64,000 nt of DNA. It comes from Eledone cirrhosa. Taxonomy: Eukaryota. How positions within the stretch are numbered: position 1 is the stretch's first letter; the number at the start of each line of letters is the position of its first letter. The stretch spans positions 192,696,001 to 192,760,000 of the forward strand of contig OZ024740.1 in the NCBI GenBank assembly GCA_964016885.1. Direction: 5' to 3'. Below, one piece after another: positions 28,472 through 41,780 of this stretch. The notes beneath the pieces were generated by a model, which did no database searches, was not told the origin of the DNA, and saw only the letters and a list, made by a program, of their open reading frames with translations. A program made the translations under genes and the position numbers.

Positions 28472-29114
28472 CAAGAAAGAAGAATAACATGGTTGGCTGT
28501 ACAATAAGGGCTGTATTCACAGTGCTGATAATTGTTTCGTTGATCTGGTAGGTCTAGTGTTCGCTAATCGCTTGATGTTGCGTCAATCGATCTCCAATAC
28601 TTTGTTTACAACCAGTAGCGCGTGGATATGAGGATAATACGCAAGGCATGGCTTTTATAGAAGAGTGGTGTTAGACCAGAACAATAACATCAGGAACAAA
28701 ATATCTAGATGGTGAATAATTAAAACAATAACATCAATACAAGTAAGAATATAATGATAAAACAAGCATGGTAAACAAACAGAGATGATGCAGATGTATG
28801 AAGTGACATGCGAAATCTACCATAGGGTACATCAGTGGTAGTAGTCAAGGGATGAATTAACATAGATGAAGGGATAAATAATAAAATGTACTTAGAGTCA
28901 GATTTTGGAATCTACACTTTAAGTGCAATTATGAGAGATCTAAAACGGAGATTGCTTTATGGTTTGACAGATAAGCGCTTGTGTTAGGTATTTTCTCCTG
29001 TTGTATCAACTTAGTGAGATTGATGGAGAGATTTATGGTTCCTTGGTAGCTGGTATTAAGTGAAATTGTGGATTCAGTATGTTAAGATTTAGGTGGTTTA
29101 TTCTAAATATGCAC

Positions 29115-29355
29115 CAGGTCGGGGGATTAGCAGTATCAGTAGAGCACGGGACAACATACTTCGCGGCATAGAGTTACGGCCCTTCATGTTCAAAGTTCAG
29201 GTCCCGGTGAGGTTAGCTTTGAGGTTAGCTTTGAGTTTCATCCTTTCGTGGTCGATAAAATAAAGTACCAGTAAGTACTGGGATCGATTTAATCGACTTT
29301 CCCTTCCTCTTCAAATTGTTGGCCTTGTGCCTATAGTAGAAACAATTATTATTAT
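29115..29355 (+). mobile_element. Abundant SINE
   Basis: 'gcagtatcagtagagcacggg...tttcatcctttcgtggtcgataaaataaagtaccagtaagtactggg...ggccttgtgcctatagtagaaacaattattatt'. Confidence 0.8.
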
Positions 29356-30405
29356 TGTTATCCTTCTATATACAACATATCTATAATCACATCATCCAAT
29401 CTGTGTTTTCTGTTTTAATACGGTACAGTGATTTGAGAGAAGTTGGTTGCTATTTCTAGCAGGTTGAACGAATAACCACATAGAGGCTCTCTTGTTTGGC
29501 TCAAGTCTGCATCTAGTATTTTCACTAAGTAATTCTATCTATAGGGTTTATATGAAGACATTTATGTGTTAGTGCTACTACTGATAATAAATACATATAT
29601 GTTATGTAACTTTCTCACCCCGTTCCTCCAATCTTTTCATTTTTCCAGCATTACGATGCAAAATTTCGGAAGTTCCTCGCTTGCACAACCTGGAGCTGGA
29701 CTATTATCTGTATCAACAAACCAGATGGCAGTACCTGTATCACAAGCTGGATACGTGAATGCTAGTTCTCACACAGCCTACCTCTGAACCATAAACTTCT
29801 AAAAACACCTTTCAGCCTCCCTACATCTACACCACCAAGATAGGACAGGAATGTCTACAAACATTTACCAATTATCTTGTCAGCCCATAAATTTGGGATT
29901 GCTTGTCAGCCCATAAATCAATCTCATCTTTGCTGTTGTTTATTGTTTCGGACCACACAATTATATCTACATAGCTCATACTAGCACCCAGGATCTCTAA
30001 CAGATGAACTTAATTCTAAGTACATTATCTTATTACTCTTACACTCCTTTGAAACTCTTATTTTCTACTTATTATTATCATCTCAATGTACCCTATCCCT
30101 GATGTTATTCATCATGTTCTCTATCTATTTATCATGCAGGTTTTATTGGTGATGTTATTGTCTTAATTATACGCTTTTTTTAATCGATGTTGCGAAAACA
30201 AAACCCCCATGATTCAAACTAGCAATCCCAAGATTTAGAATAAACCACCTAAACCTTAACATATTGTATCCACAAATTCACAAAATCATATGATTCCAGT
30301 TCGTCAGTGAAATAACAACCCAACCAGGAATTGGGTATATCAGAGTATTGACGAAGTTGTACACCTCAACAACATATGTACTTGTCTATACCACACTAAT
30401 TCGGT

Positions 30406-30458
30406 CTGCTTGAAGAGGTCACAGCCAAAGATGGCTGTCACCGAAATATATATAGCAG
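30406..30458 (+). ncRNA. Minimal type I hammerhead (U3.G8 variant)
   Basis: CTGC TTGAAGA GGTcACAGCCA-aaga-TGGCTGTcACC GAAA T-ATAT-A TA GCAG. All three stems pair. Confidence 0.75.
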
Positions 30459-30651
30459 TAATAAACGAAGCTAAATTTTGAACATTTGACTCATTTATTT
30501 TATTTTATTTTATATATATATATATATATATAGTATATATATATGTATATAATATATATATATATATATACATGTATATATATATATATATATATGTATA
30601 TAATATATATATATATATATACATGTATATATATATATATATATGTATATA

Positions 30652-30719
<68 letters not shown>

Positions 30720-31036
30720 TTTCCTTATGCATATTAACAGCTGAGAAGCCTAATTTGCATATCGAGTGAGTTAATCGGCCGGGCGCACCGAAAATGATAA
30801 AACACACCGGGCATTATAATAAATGTTCGGTGAATCCATACGTACATATATATATGTGTGTGCATGTATGTATTTATATATACATACTACTGTACGTCTG
30901 TATACATATATGTATGTACGTATACATACTTTATTTAAGTAACAGCCGTACTAAGTGTGAGACATGAAATTTCGTTTAATTTTTCCGTTTATATATATAT
31001 ATACATGAATATATATCTGTCTCTCTCTCTATATAT

Positions 31037-31084
<48 letters not shown>

Positions 31085-31088
<4 letters not shown>

Positions 31089-31310
31089 ATAATAATAAAT
31101 TTGAAGACTAAAATCCAAAGAGGGCTCGATAAGGATAAATATATATGAAATATATAAGAACCGTAGAGCAAATATTTATTATAATAACAGATTAAAGTTG
31201 AAGCAAAGAATCGCTGAATTCACCCTTAACGGGATCTTCAGATGATCCCATTAAGGGTGAAAGCCGCGATTCTTTGCTTCAACTTTAATCTGTTATTTTA
31301 ATAAATATAT
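31085..31310. repeat. Truncated copy of the PLE tail at 38990-39150, folded back on itself (palindrome 31172-31308)
   Basis: 31085-31240 closely matches 38990-39148. Arms of ~65 bp are centred on gatcttca/gatgatc. Confidence 0.85.
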
Positions 31311-31510
31311 ATATATATATTATTTTATATTTTATTGGTTTCAGTAAATACAATGCGGCAATCCCGCGAATGTGTTCATCCCGCTTCTTATTTGCTGATG
31401 CCTGGTATGTATTTTTCTATCGTTTCTCTTTGGAACTGCTCCTAAAACACAGACGCAAATCTAAATAGAAGCAAGGACTCACACATACACACATATATGT
31501 ATGTCTGTAT

Positions 31511-31544
<34 letters not shown>

Positions 31545-32879
31545 TGTGTACAACATACTCCTGTAGCCTGTAGTTCTGGAGCTCGCAGATTCAGAGACAA
31601 ATGTTTAATTTTCCATTATCTTATAGTTTTGGTTATACTTATATATCAACTTACACTTTTCCTCAGACACTGGATACATTCACCAGGCAGAGGGACTTAC
31701 CAACATTTTACACTAAGTCGTATTTTTGTATTTGATAGTTATTTATGCCTATAGTCAATATAATAATTTCTGGACTTTTAATCTTAGTTGTATTGTTAAT
31801 CTCCCCCAGTGGCATAGAAGAATATACACGTTATACATGAAGAAATAATATTATTGGAATCATTGATGCTTCAGATGCTTGCGATATTTAAAGTTATTTC
31901 ATTACATATCTGAATTTAAAATACCAGTTTTTATGGCATTCGCGTGTTCGTGTAACTGAGTGAGGAGAAACACAAATATATATTTTCCTCAATATGCGGC
32001 CTCCATATTTATCATATCTTCTCTGGAGAATAAAGTGGGTAAACATATGTATCTTTTTAATATATATACATATAACATTTTTTGGCTTCCTTTATTTGAT
32101 TGTGTCTTAGTAATTATATATTAAATTGTTGTTGCTCTGAATGACTATATTCATCATTATAGAACTTTCTACTAGAGCCTTACATGAAGCAATTTCATTG
32201 TCATATTTTAGATATTTACACCTATAATCAATCTCACAATATCAACATGAGTTGTTTAAGTATGTGCCATCGATTTAAGCTGAAACTACAAAACGAATAT
32301 TCACAAAACCATTATATTATTATTCATCCCCTCACAAGTAACGTTCATATTGCTTTTATTTTGCAATATAGCACTACAATATTTTCAAATAAAATGTTTA
32401 AATATATTTCAGTATTTCCATCAAATTAGTTGACCATTCTGTTTTAAAATTATGGAAAGAGGGTAAGAATGAGAAGCACCCATGAAGAGAGAGCACGACC
32501 CTGTAGATAATGATATATGCATATATAGATAGATAGAGATATACACAGATACACAGATATGTAGATACATATATACATAGATGCATATATACATACAACA
32601 GTGCGAGGTAGGTGAGTGATGTATTTATATTGATGTGTTTGTTTGGTGTCTTTACAGTTTTCTTTCTTCTAAAATGTCCATAAAATAGAATATGAAACTG
32701 TTTCTGTGACCACCATTGTCCAATTAAAAATTATACTTGTTGTCCAAAATGTTCAGCAGTGAAATTGTCTATGAGAAGGGTAAGTTTCAGTTCAGTAATG
32801 GTTTAACCACCTCATATAGCCGATTGTAGCGTTGTTAATGAAATTGGGTGGCGAACAAAAGTTGGATGGTCTTCCACAC

Positions 32880-33990
32880 CATAGTAATGTCAGATTTGCG
32901 GGCTGTTTTCAAATAAAAATGCGAAGGTACAAAAAATGTAACAAACCAAAAATGACCAAATTTGTTTATTGACCATGACTTTTGAAGGAATATATGTTTC
33001 AGCAAATCAAGGAGCTCACGTGATATTATACTTCCCTCAATGCTTGTTCTAATTGTATATACGACACGCCATCTGTCTTACAGATGAATGGTGATGTAAG
33101 CTGTATATTTGAAAAGTATGCAGTTTTACATATCTAGGTGTGTTTATAGGAATTCCTATGTACAATTATCCAGCATTCAATAGAACATTACTGGTATATG
33201 CATCTGTGACTAAAACCTCCAGCCAGCCATCGGTCCTGAATCACTGGTGTAGCCGTAAGATCACCGTCCTGATACTGCACGTGTCTTTGACATTTTAATA
33301 TCTGTTGTAGGCTATCACTCTCCACGTTTGAAAACAACTAATTACTTCCAGAAAAAGAAAAAAGAAACTGAGAAAGGGATCGACTACTCTGCTGAGCCGG
33401 AACATTATTTATCAACATTGAAACATTTACACAGGAGTAAGTAATTGAAAGAATTTGAAGCCTTCGTGATGCAGTTCGTTGCAAGAAACCAGTTTTGTAT
33501 ACATCGCCCAGGCTAACCCATTTCAACTGATCAAATGTCTCTTGACAAAGAAAGGCATGTTATTCGTCAGGTTTTCCGGTATGGTTTCTTCTTAATATTT
33601 AGTTGTTTCCAAAATGACGATGCAACTAAAAATCTCATGGACAGTGACGATGGGCTAAGAGCCATTCGGGGAGATATCTACGCTAAATATGTGAAGTACC
33701 AGGTAACACTCATGAGGGAATTAATACCTGGAAGCGAGCAAGTGCGTAATTTTTTTCCAGACTAAGGTCGGATATCATTTCAACGAACTACGCGTATATA
33801 TTGGGGCTGGCGTGAGGCATTTTTATCTTTCAATGCGTTATGTTGAATGACACTACCAGTATGTAATTTTTTTTTTATTCATTATGAGAATGTTATGCTT
33901 AATTTTGAACTGTAGCGCTCCGAATTCCATAAGTGTAGTAGAGTTTCTACTACGTGGTGCCATCTTCAAAATCGGAACTGTCAGGTATTG
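32880..33990 (-). mobile_element. Possible very old Tc1/mariner transposase remnant
   Basis: Minus translation QYQDGDLTATPVIQDRWLAGGFSHRCI resembles 'FQQDGAxAHT...WLxxxFxxRxI'. Heavily decayed. Confidence 0.3.
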
Positions 33991-34049
33991 TTCAATTACT
34001 TAACAGTGGTCGAAAGTATCATCGGAGTGATAGGAGGTCAATGCTCCCT

Positions 34050-35010
34050 GATTTTAAATTCCTCAGCGGTTAAAGTATGCCATTTATTATAATTGTTTCC
34101 ACGTATGCTGTATCAGCATGTTACTTGTTTTATTTATATTCTTATTTGTTGAGCTTCCATGTTGTTCGCTTTGTTTTATGTGGAATTCTATAAAGAATTG
34201 AAGTTTTATCGACTAATGTAATCCTATCTAGTTACGTTTTTATTGTACTATATAGAAATGCTTTGTGATGTTTCCTTGCAAGTGCTGGTTAACCGATTGG
34301 AAAGAGAGGTGATTTATGAACGATGTAACCAATTTGGTCATAACGTTTGAACATTTTATGTCTGCATTGGGATTTTTATATCGCATTGGTCACTTGCACT
34401 ACGTTCTGCGAATTAGCTCTCTGTGGTTACGGGTTAATGAGGAGGGTTTTTTCGGTATGTTTGAAGAACATTCTAATTATGAGTTTGAGTTTCTGATTCA
34501 TGCATATTGTATTTTGGTTTATGAGTGTTTTTTAATGCCGTGTTCACCCACTTTATATCCGTTTTGTTCTTGTGGTATACATCATATGCTGATTATATAT
34601 TCTTTTTGGTGCTGAATCTGTTGTTCCAGGATAGCTAAGTCTAATAATCTTATATTATTCTATCTATGTATTGTGATACACGTTATTATCTAATGTTTTA
34701 TTCACACACGAAATTCTTTATTTAAATCATCCTTAATGGATGAGAATTTAAATGGTAGTCTAATTACAGTTTGGACTACATGTGCGTTGTACCTGTGGGG
34801 TGATATCTAAGTGCTAGTATAGGTCTTTGTTTTTGTGTTTAGTTTCAACAAATAGTATAATTGTTATTCCTAATTCTTATATTTACGTCCAAGAATGTGG
34901 GGTTATATATTGAGGATTGATTATGCATTTGTGTTGATGGATTTTACTTTAAGGCCAATGACTATGATCAGACGCTATTTCAACCCAAATCGTATAGCTG
35001 CTGAAAAGCT
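34050..35010 (-). mobile_element. Heavily decayed PLE remnant
   Basis: Traces of LDIT, (Y)HLNSHP and TNAIxKxQC in the expected order on the minus strand. Confidence 0.35.
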
Positions 35011-35419
35011 ACTGAATAAACAATATTTCAATACTGGGAACATCGCTCTATACTGCTACCATATATCTGTTGTATACAGTTGCCCAGCTTCTATTTGTAT
35101 GCCCATTTGAAGAATTCCACCCATTTCCTTTTTTCCCACCATTTATCTCTTCCCCTCACTCTTAATTTCTACCCCCCCCCACGCACACAGTCTACCCGGG
35201 GATTCTCAGCATGTCATTCAGACCCATTTGCTCCCTAAACCAGCTTCCACTGTAGCCCCATTGAGCCTCATCACTCACGCCGCTTCTGGACATGTCTGAG
35301 ACATCTCCCTCCACGCTACAGGAGGTCGCGCAATGTCGGTCCTGTATCACGCGTAATAGGTAGAACAGAAGGATGTGTTCCAACTGTAACAATTTCTTCA
35401 GTCTTTCTTGCGTCAACCT

Positions 35420-37510
35420 TATCCGCTATTCAGCGGAATACCTGCATCTGTGGCGATGTTCACGGTGCTTAATTCCCTCAAGAACACAGGTTGATCCGGA
35501 GGCATGTCTGGAGACAGACGGGACAGAATGAGGTCCTAAATTGGCTCTCCTCGGACGAGGTCTTAGTAGTGATCTCCCGCCTAAATCATCATATGGATCC
35601 CCAGGGCTGCCCACACTTTCGTGGCCGAAGCGCTAGCGACATCTATCGATCAGGCGATCAACACCAACAACCGGAAAGAATAGAAGGAACTATTCAGTTT
35701 TTTGTCGATCATACTTTGGATCCCTACGACGGGAAGGGCTCAGTCCTCTCCTTGACTTCGAGACACAGAAGCAACGTCACTTCCATCAAACACTCCCTTC
35801 ACCAATCAATTTCTCGCTTTTCCCATGCCAACTCCAGGCACACAGTGTAATTTCGACTGTGCAAAACGGCACCTTGGCCGAGTTAATCGAAAATTAATCG
35901 AAGATGACTTTTACGCTGCGGTGCGTCAGCTGCCGAGCGATACTAGTCCTCGGCACGCGAAAGGTCCTGGCCACTCTCCGTCTGAAGCGATGGCATCCAT
36001 CAGCAGACATCAGGCAATTTCAGATCCTACACTGTATAACTGCGTTGTCTGCATCCGACGTGGAATTGACAGCAGCCTGGGATCCTTCCCAAGCTGCATG
36101 ACAGCCAGAGTGGATGGTCTGCAACCCGCCTACCACAGAGACATAATCTCGCTCCCATCCATGACACTCACACCAAAATGCTTCTTCGTGCCGACCTACC
36201 CGGCCCTGCCCGTTCTCTCTTCTCAGACAAATTAACGACATTGAAAAATAATGAAAGTGGCATTCGGCCCATTGCAGTGGGCAACGTCTTTAGGCGACTT
36301 GTGACAAAGGTAGCCTGCAGGTGAGTGGTAAAAAACCTGTGCTAGTTATTCAGCATGTCGAACAAGACGTGGGAGTTTAAGTGTGGATGTGAGGCGGCAG
36401 CTCATGTGGCCAGACATTTCATATAGTACACGCCTCCTGCATCAGCTCACCTCCTAGTGAAGCTGAACATGTGTAACGCCTTCAACAGCGTTAGATATGA
36501 TCACGTTTTAGAGACGTGTCTAAGATGTGATTCATCCCCCACCACCATACACACGTACATATCTTATCAAACGCCCAGCACTCTCATGGCTGCTAAAAAA
36601 CGGGTCAACTTCACCACAGGTGTCAAGCAAAGGAACCCACGACCACTTTTTTCGCGGTAGCTGTTGATGACATCAACCACTCAGTCAGCTTACCCTTCAA
36701 GTTCTGGTACATGGACCACGCTAATCTGGCAAGTTTGGTTGGCCTGTTGCTGATGACCTTCGGCGAGTCATCCCTGGCCTCCCTATTCTCTCCAAGCCAT
36801 AAGTGTGAGCCTGGTGATCTAGAATACAGTCTAGATGAGGTTAACGGATAGATTACGTCTCATTAACGTGGACCCGGCACTCTTCCTCCTGAAGAACTGA
36901 TTCGCTCTACCAAAATTCCTTTTCCTGTTATGCAGTGCACCTTGTCACCATATAGCAAATCGACTCCTCGAACTCGTTTGCCACCATCCGATGCTGTGCG
37001 GAACTCATCTGCAATGTTTGCTACGACCGCGCCGGCTGGCAACTGGCGCAGCTCCCTGTGAGATTCGCAGACCTTGGCCTCCGATCCACTCTGGACTTGA
37101 CTAAGCCAATCTATCCTTCCACAATTTCCTCCACGCCCGCTTACATCAACGAGATCATCCAACAGACGACAGAACCTGAAGTGGCCCGATAATGGGAGTC
37201 AGCTCTGGCTGATTGGACCAATGATGGCCTTGCTGTCCTGAAGTGTATCGATATCCAACGTAACTGGGACGACATCAAATGCAAGTCCGCCTTCATGCGA
37301 ATCGAGTCTTCCTCGGAAAAACACAAGCTCACCTGCCTATGCTCCGCCTCGAAACCTAACAATGGTGCTTAGCTCCATTTAGAGCCTTTCTCGTCAACCG
37401 TTAATCTTCTTTATAAGGAGTGCACTAGCACTGGAGTTGCATACTTTATAGTTCTCCGTCTGTGCAAGCCACAAAGCAGGTGAAGGAGTAATCGACAATT
37501 TCCGTCAGCA
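35420..37510 (+). mobile_element. Decayed CRE-like non-LTR retrotransposon (RT)
   Basis: SGIRPIAVGNVFRRLVTKVAC (~36256), VKLNMCNAFNSVRYD, TGVKQRNP (compare GVQQGDP) and FWYMD (compare WYLDD). GC-rich island with many stops and frameshifts. Confidence 0.75.
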
Positions 37511-37765
37511 CATATTATCGTGACGCCTTAGTACTAGTCGGCTCCATTTTGCGCTGTTCGGAACAGTACCGACTTCGTTTATTCGATGATATAATAAGAA
37601 ATGATTGAAGAAATTGAACGATAGAATGTGAAACGACGAAGGAACGTGGCAAGGAGGTCCCATAGAATACTGTCTCACATCAGTGTGTATGTATGTAAGG
37701 ACATGTACATACACATGTATGTATCTATGTACAAAACAAGAACATGTACATATACACACGCACAA

Positions 37766-37824
<59 letters not shown>

Positions 37825-37981
37825 TTGGTGCTCTGAAATAGCGATATATATATGAATGTATATATAGTGTATTTTGCAATACACTGTATGCTTATTTAAA
37901 AGCATTTCGAAGACCTTACGCTATTGTCTTAGAGTAGTGACAGTCTCACTTACTTTAAATTTTCAGCAAACGGGGGAGATA

Positions 37982-38026
37982 AGCTGACAGAGCTCTGTTT
38001 CGTACTTTTTGGTACTTATCAAAGCT
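37982..38026 (-). ncRNA. Minimal hammerhead, U3-A8 variant
   Basis: Minus strand reads AGCT TTGATAA GTAC-caaaaa-GTAC GAAAC AGAGCTCT GTC AGCT. Confidence 0.8.
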
Positions 38027-38306
38027 AAGTACTCCACCTCTTTGCTGAAAATCATGAATGTTTGATTCTTATAGAATTCTAGTCATAACCAGGAACTGAT
38101 TATACAGAGCGGTTACCGGTCAAGCAGAGATTGAAAATTAGAATTGGTGCCTGAAATAGCTATATATATATATATGAATGTATATATAGTGTATTTTGCA
38201 ATACACTGTATGCTTAATTAAAAGCATTTCGAAGACCTTACGCTATTGTTTTAGAGTAGTGACCGTCTCACTTACTTTACATTTTCAGCAAACAGGTGGG
38301 GTATTT

Positions 38307-38351
38307 AGCTTTGATAAGTACTAAACAGTACGAAACAGAGCTCTGTCAACT
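38307..38351 (+). ncRNA. Minimal hammerhead, U3-A8 variant
   Basis: AGCT TTGATAA GTAC-taaaca-GTAC GAAAC AGAGCTCT GTC AACT, with one stem I mismatch. Confidence 0.75.
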
Positions 38352-38989
38352 TTATCTCCCCTGTTTGTTGAACATTTAAAAACAGGATTCTAGATAAAGT
38401 TGGCCGTTCATGCGCAACCTCATCGACGAGGGGAACAATACATGTTAGAATGGTGAGAGGGATACAATAGAGATCATTTCTTAACTATCAGATCACGTTC
38501 AGACACCCGGGTAAACAATCTTCCACGAAGTTCGCAGTCCACATATGGCCACACAGAGACGCATGCTTGGACTACTCCATTCAAAGAATATTCTGACGAA
38601 ATCAGGGCCATATGGAAATGGGAATTTGTACGGCATCTTAATTTTTATTGACGTACTCAGCACTTCCTACTTTTCATTAATATGCTAAATTTTACCTATC
38701 GTATATTTTTTCTATCGTGTGTATTTTTTTATGTGTGTTCCATATGTATTTTTATATGGTTTATTTCACGTTAATACCTTATCTCATCCTACTCAATGTA
38801 TATATGTGTGTGTGGGCATCTGCGTGCGTGTGTACGTGTGCATATACACATATGTATGAAAGGGTATATATGTGTATATATGGGTGTGTGTATGTATGGA
38901 TGTCTACAAACGCGTGTATGGGTGAGTACACATACACCTATGTGTGTATGTACACATATGTGTGCGTATAAGTGTATATATATATATAT

Positions 38990-41050
38990 ATAGTAATAAT
39001 AATAAATTTGAAGACTAAAATCCAAAGAGGGCTCGATAAGGATAAATATATATCAGATATATAAGAACCCTAGAGCAAATATTTATTAAAATAACACATT
39101 AAATATTAAGCAAAAATCGCTGCTTTCACCGTTAACGGGATCTTCTGAAACTAAAAAAGTATATCTCTGAACTCAGAAGTAAATCTTTCAAAAAACGTTG
39201 CAACCGACGGAAGACAGGAAGATGATACTTTGGTTCGTGGAAACGTTACCTGGCAAAGAACGAAAAAAAACGAAGAAAATACGTCATTATATGTTGCGAT
39301 GTTAACTATGCCTTTCATCCTTATGGGTTCGATAAAATAAAGTACCAGTAATGTACTGCGTTGTGCCAAAAGTAGAAACAATTATTTGTTGCGGGAAAAA
39401 CAATTATACGCAAAGACAAAACCACGTTTATGGTATAAATGAAGTCGTAGACTGATATTCTATTAGGTGGTTTCATGGAGACGTTCTCTGGCAATGAGCG
39501 GGAAAAACGAAGATAATATGTCATTACGTGGTGCGTTGAGAACAATTACACGCAAAGATAAAACCACGTAAATTGTATATTACGTCAAACAAAACACAGA
39601 GTACACATATAAACACATCCTACTTACGTACGAACCCACATACACACGCAGACGCAAAACTCACGTATAGACATAACCAAATGCACATGTATCAGTATAT
39701 ATAATATATACGCCATAACATATACAAGCAAATATACGTACGAGAGAGTATACGTACCTTCACAAAACATACAGGTAATATATACTTACCTATACAAATA
39801 ACTAATGGTGTAAACATAACATATACTTAGCTACCACATCAAGACGTACAATATCCGCGTATAGTTCGTACTATCCGTAAGGCTAAAATGTCGTGCTGTA
39901 ATACAAGAAGGTTTTGTGCAATTTATGTTTACAAGCCGAAATTGCCTCAGATGTTTTGTTTAAGATGTCTTTGGTGTAGAGTATTTCCAAGGCTTCAGCG
40001 GCGCAGAGGTTACAAGGTCTTTTATTTCCGTTATACGATCTAGCCCAAACTAGGATCTCCCAGTGTAAATTATATTGGGTGTGGCTGTCTTTTAGACTCC
40101 AGATATAAGCTGAAAGAGACGTCATATTCCTTATTAAAGGGTTAAGAAATGAATGGGTATGCATGTAAAAACGCTGCTTGAATCTATTGGCGGTTAACCT
40201 TATGTAGGCCCGATGGGACGTGGGTGTTTCAACCTTACATTTATAGACAATGTTGCTAGAGAGGCATTTCCCGGATAGGTGGCAGTCAACCCGATTCATA
40301 CAATTACAGTTAGTACAAGCTACAGGGTTGCACGTGTTCCTACGGCTAGGTAATTTAGCTAAATTTGAAGCAGTCAAGTTATGTGCAAGGTTATGAGTCG
40401 TAGAGTAAGAAATTTTAATGGTATTTCTATTAAAAATGTTACTATATTTATGTGCTGGGGGGGGGGATGCTTCATAATAAGTGAGATAGAGATCTTAGTA
40501 ATGGTGTGGCCACCTCCATATTATATGGTGGGTTATACCATATAATGCGTCGGCATCTGTTTTCCCTAGGTCTATTCTCGTACTATGTATATGATACCTT
40601 ATCGACAAATCCGCTCCGGGCAAGGGCTTCATTGTAATATGTGGTATGGTCGTTGAAAATATGCTCGTTTGTAGATAGACGGGAAAGCCTCAAAGAAGCG
40701 TTTCTTACCAGGTTCTTGGTTATGCTGGCAGGATGGTTAGAATGCTTACTTATGTAATTAAGCGTATCATTCGGCTTTCTATACGGGTGGTGCAAGCCAT
40801 TCGACAAATTGAGGATAACGTCGAGGTAATTAACGACCGAGAGGTTGGACTCAACCTGTATGGAGAGATTGAAGCCTTTAAAGAAGGCTGTGCGTTCTTT
40901 TCTAAACCTGTCGCATGCACCTGGGCCGCACTTTGTCATGGTCAAAAGACCGACATCACGGTACAGACCACCGCCCACGTTGGGGAATTCTTCCTTGATA
41001 GAGAAAAGAAGGAAAAGGCCGATGAGATCAGTAACCTCCGCACATACTCA
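38990..41050 (-). mobile_element. 5'-truncated Penelope-like element (Naiad-like): RT C-terminus, GIY-YIG and 3' UTR
   Basis: GGLYRDVGL, VNYLDVILNL, PYRKPN, YISKHSNHP; CNCMNRVDCHLSGKCLSSNIVYKC...AYIRLT..FKQRF..H...CNLCAAE...CKHK. The tail has an HHR-like motif at ~39105-39150 and ends in (TA)n. Confidence 0.9.
39302..39386 (+). mobile_element. Truncated SINE inserted into a tandem repeat of the PLE 3' UTR
   Basis: SINE 3' half flanked by tgttgcg (39292-98 and 39387-93). The uninterrupted repeat unit lies at ~39467-39586. Confidence 0.75.
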
Positions 41051-41325
41051 CGTCGAATGGGGTACTATTATATTTTTCAATCCAAATAGGGTCGTCCAAT
41101 ATTAATCAAAAGTACCACATGAAAATCTACACTGTAGACTCTACAGTTTTTAAGCCAAGAAAGGAACATACCACTTTAACTTTAACACAGCTACTGAGCA
41201 GCCACGAGCAACGCCGGGCTTTACTGCTTACATATATATATGTTTTGGTTGCCATGATAGACTTATTTGTGTTTACGACAAATTTTAACCAATTCTCTTG
41301 ACAACTACAATCTTCCCATATAAGG

Positions 41326-41433
41326 AAGTACCCCCTTGAAAAGTACGGCTATTTATTCACCAAGCTAAAAATTCTAATTCAGTCCAGAAATAGCCGTCGA
41401 AACGGCTTGAGCTCCGCCGTCGGTGTCATACTT
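41326..41433 (+). ncRNA. Hammerhead motif, U3-A8 variant, directly before (TA)n
   Basis: aagta..cc TTGAAAA G(t)ACGGCTATTT...AAATAGCCGTC GAAA CGGC-ttgagctcc-GCCG TC gg..tactt. Confidence 0.75.
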
Positions 41434-41436
41434 TTT

Positions 41437-41494
<58 letters not shown>

Positions 41495-41502
41495 TATATA
41501 TA

Positions 41503-41780
41503 TTGTTTTACTTGAGGAGGGTCATGTTGTTGTAATCATATTGCCAGAATTAATAACTGAACACACTCACTGTTTGGTTGATTTTCGCTTCTGTATCTTT
41601 TGTATCTCCACAGTTAATTTATTTGGTCCTCAATGTTTATCATTGACTGAATAACGGTAAAAAATACAGATATAATATAGATATAAACACATATATATAG
41701 TCTAACAAACTTCTTTCGTTGAATATCTGCAACATCATCAGTGGTTCAATTAAGTTGCTCCTGTTGTATTGTATGTCATG
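41503..41780 (-). mobile_element. PLE-type 3' tail with hammerhead motif (41703-41745); paralog at ~61985-62450
   Basis: Minus strand reads ACCA CTGATGA t GTTG-cagatatt-CAAC GAAAG. Aligns with 61985-62450 and ends at (TA)n. Confidence 0.65.

Larger units (their letters stand above)
28468..30505. mobile_element. Two related, oppositely oriented PLE-like 3' tails pointing outward to (TA)n tracts, with a SINE between them
   Basis: 29061-29108 is approximately the reverse complement of 30233-30281. The two tails share 'aaccataaa', 'ttatct..gtca' and 'ctaagtacatt', and the right tail ends in a hammerhead. Confidence 0.5.
37819..38380. repeat. Two-copy ~319-bp tandem unit; the hammerhead-bearing segment is inverted between copies
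   Basis: 'ttagaattggtgc' at 37819 and 38138. The segment bounded by ttttcagcaaac / tttgctgaaaa is in opposite orientation in the two copies. Confidence 0.9.
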
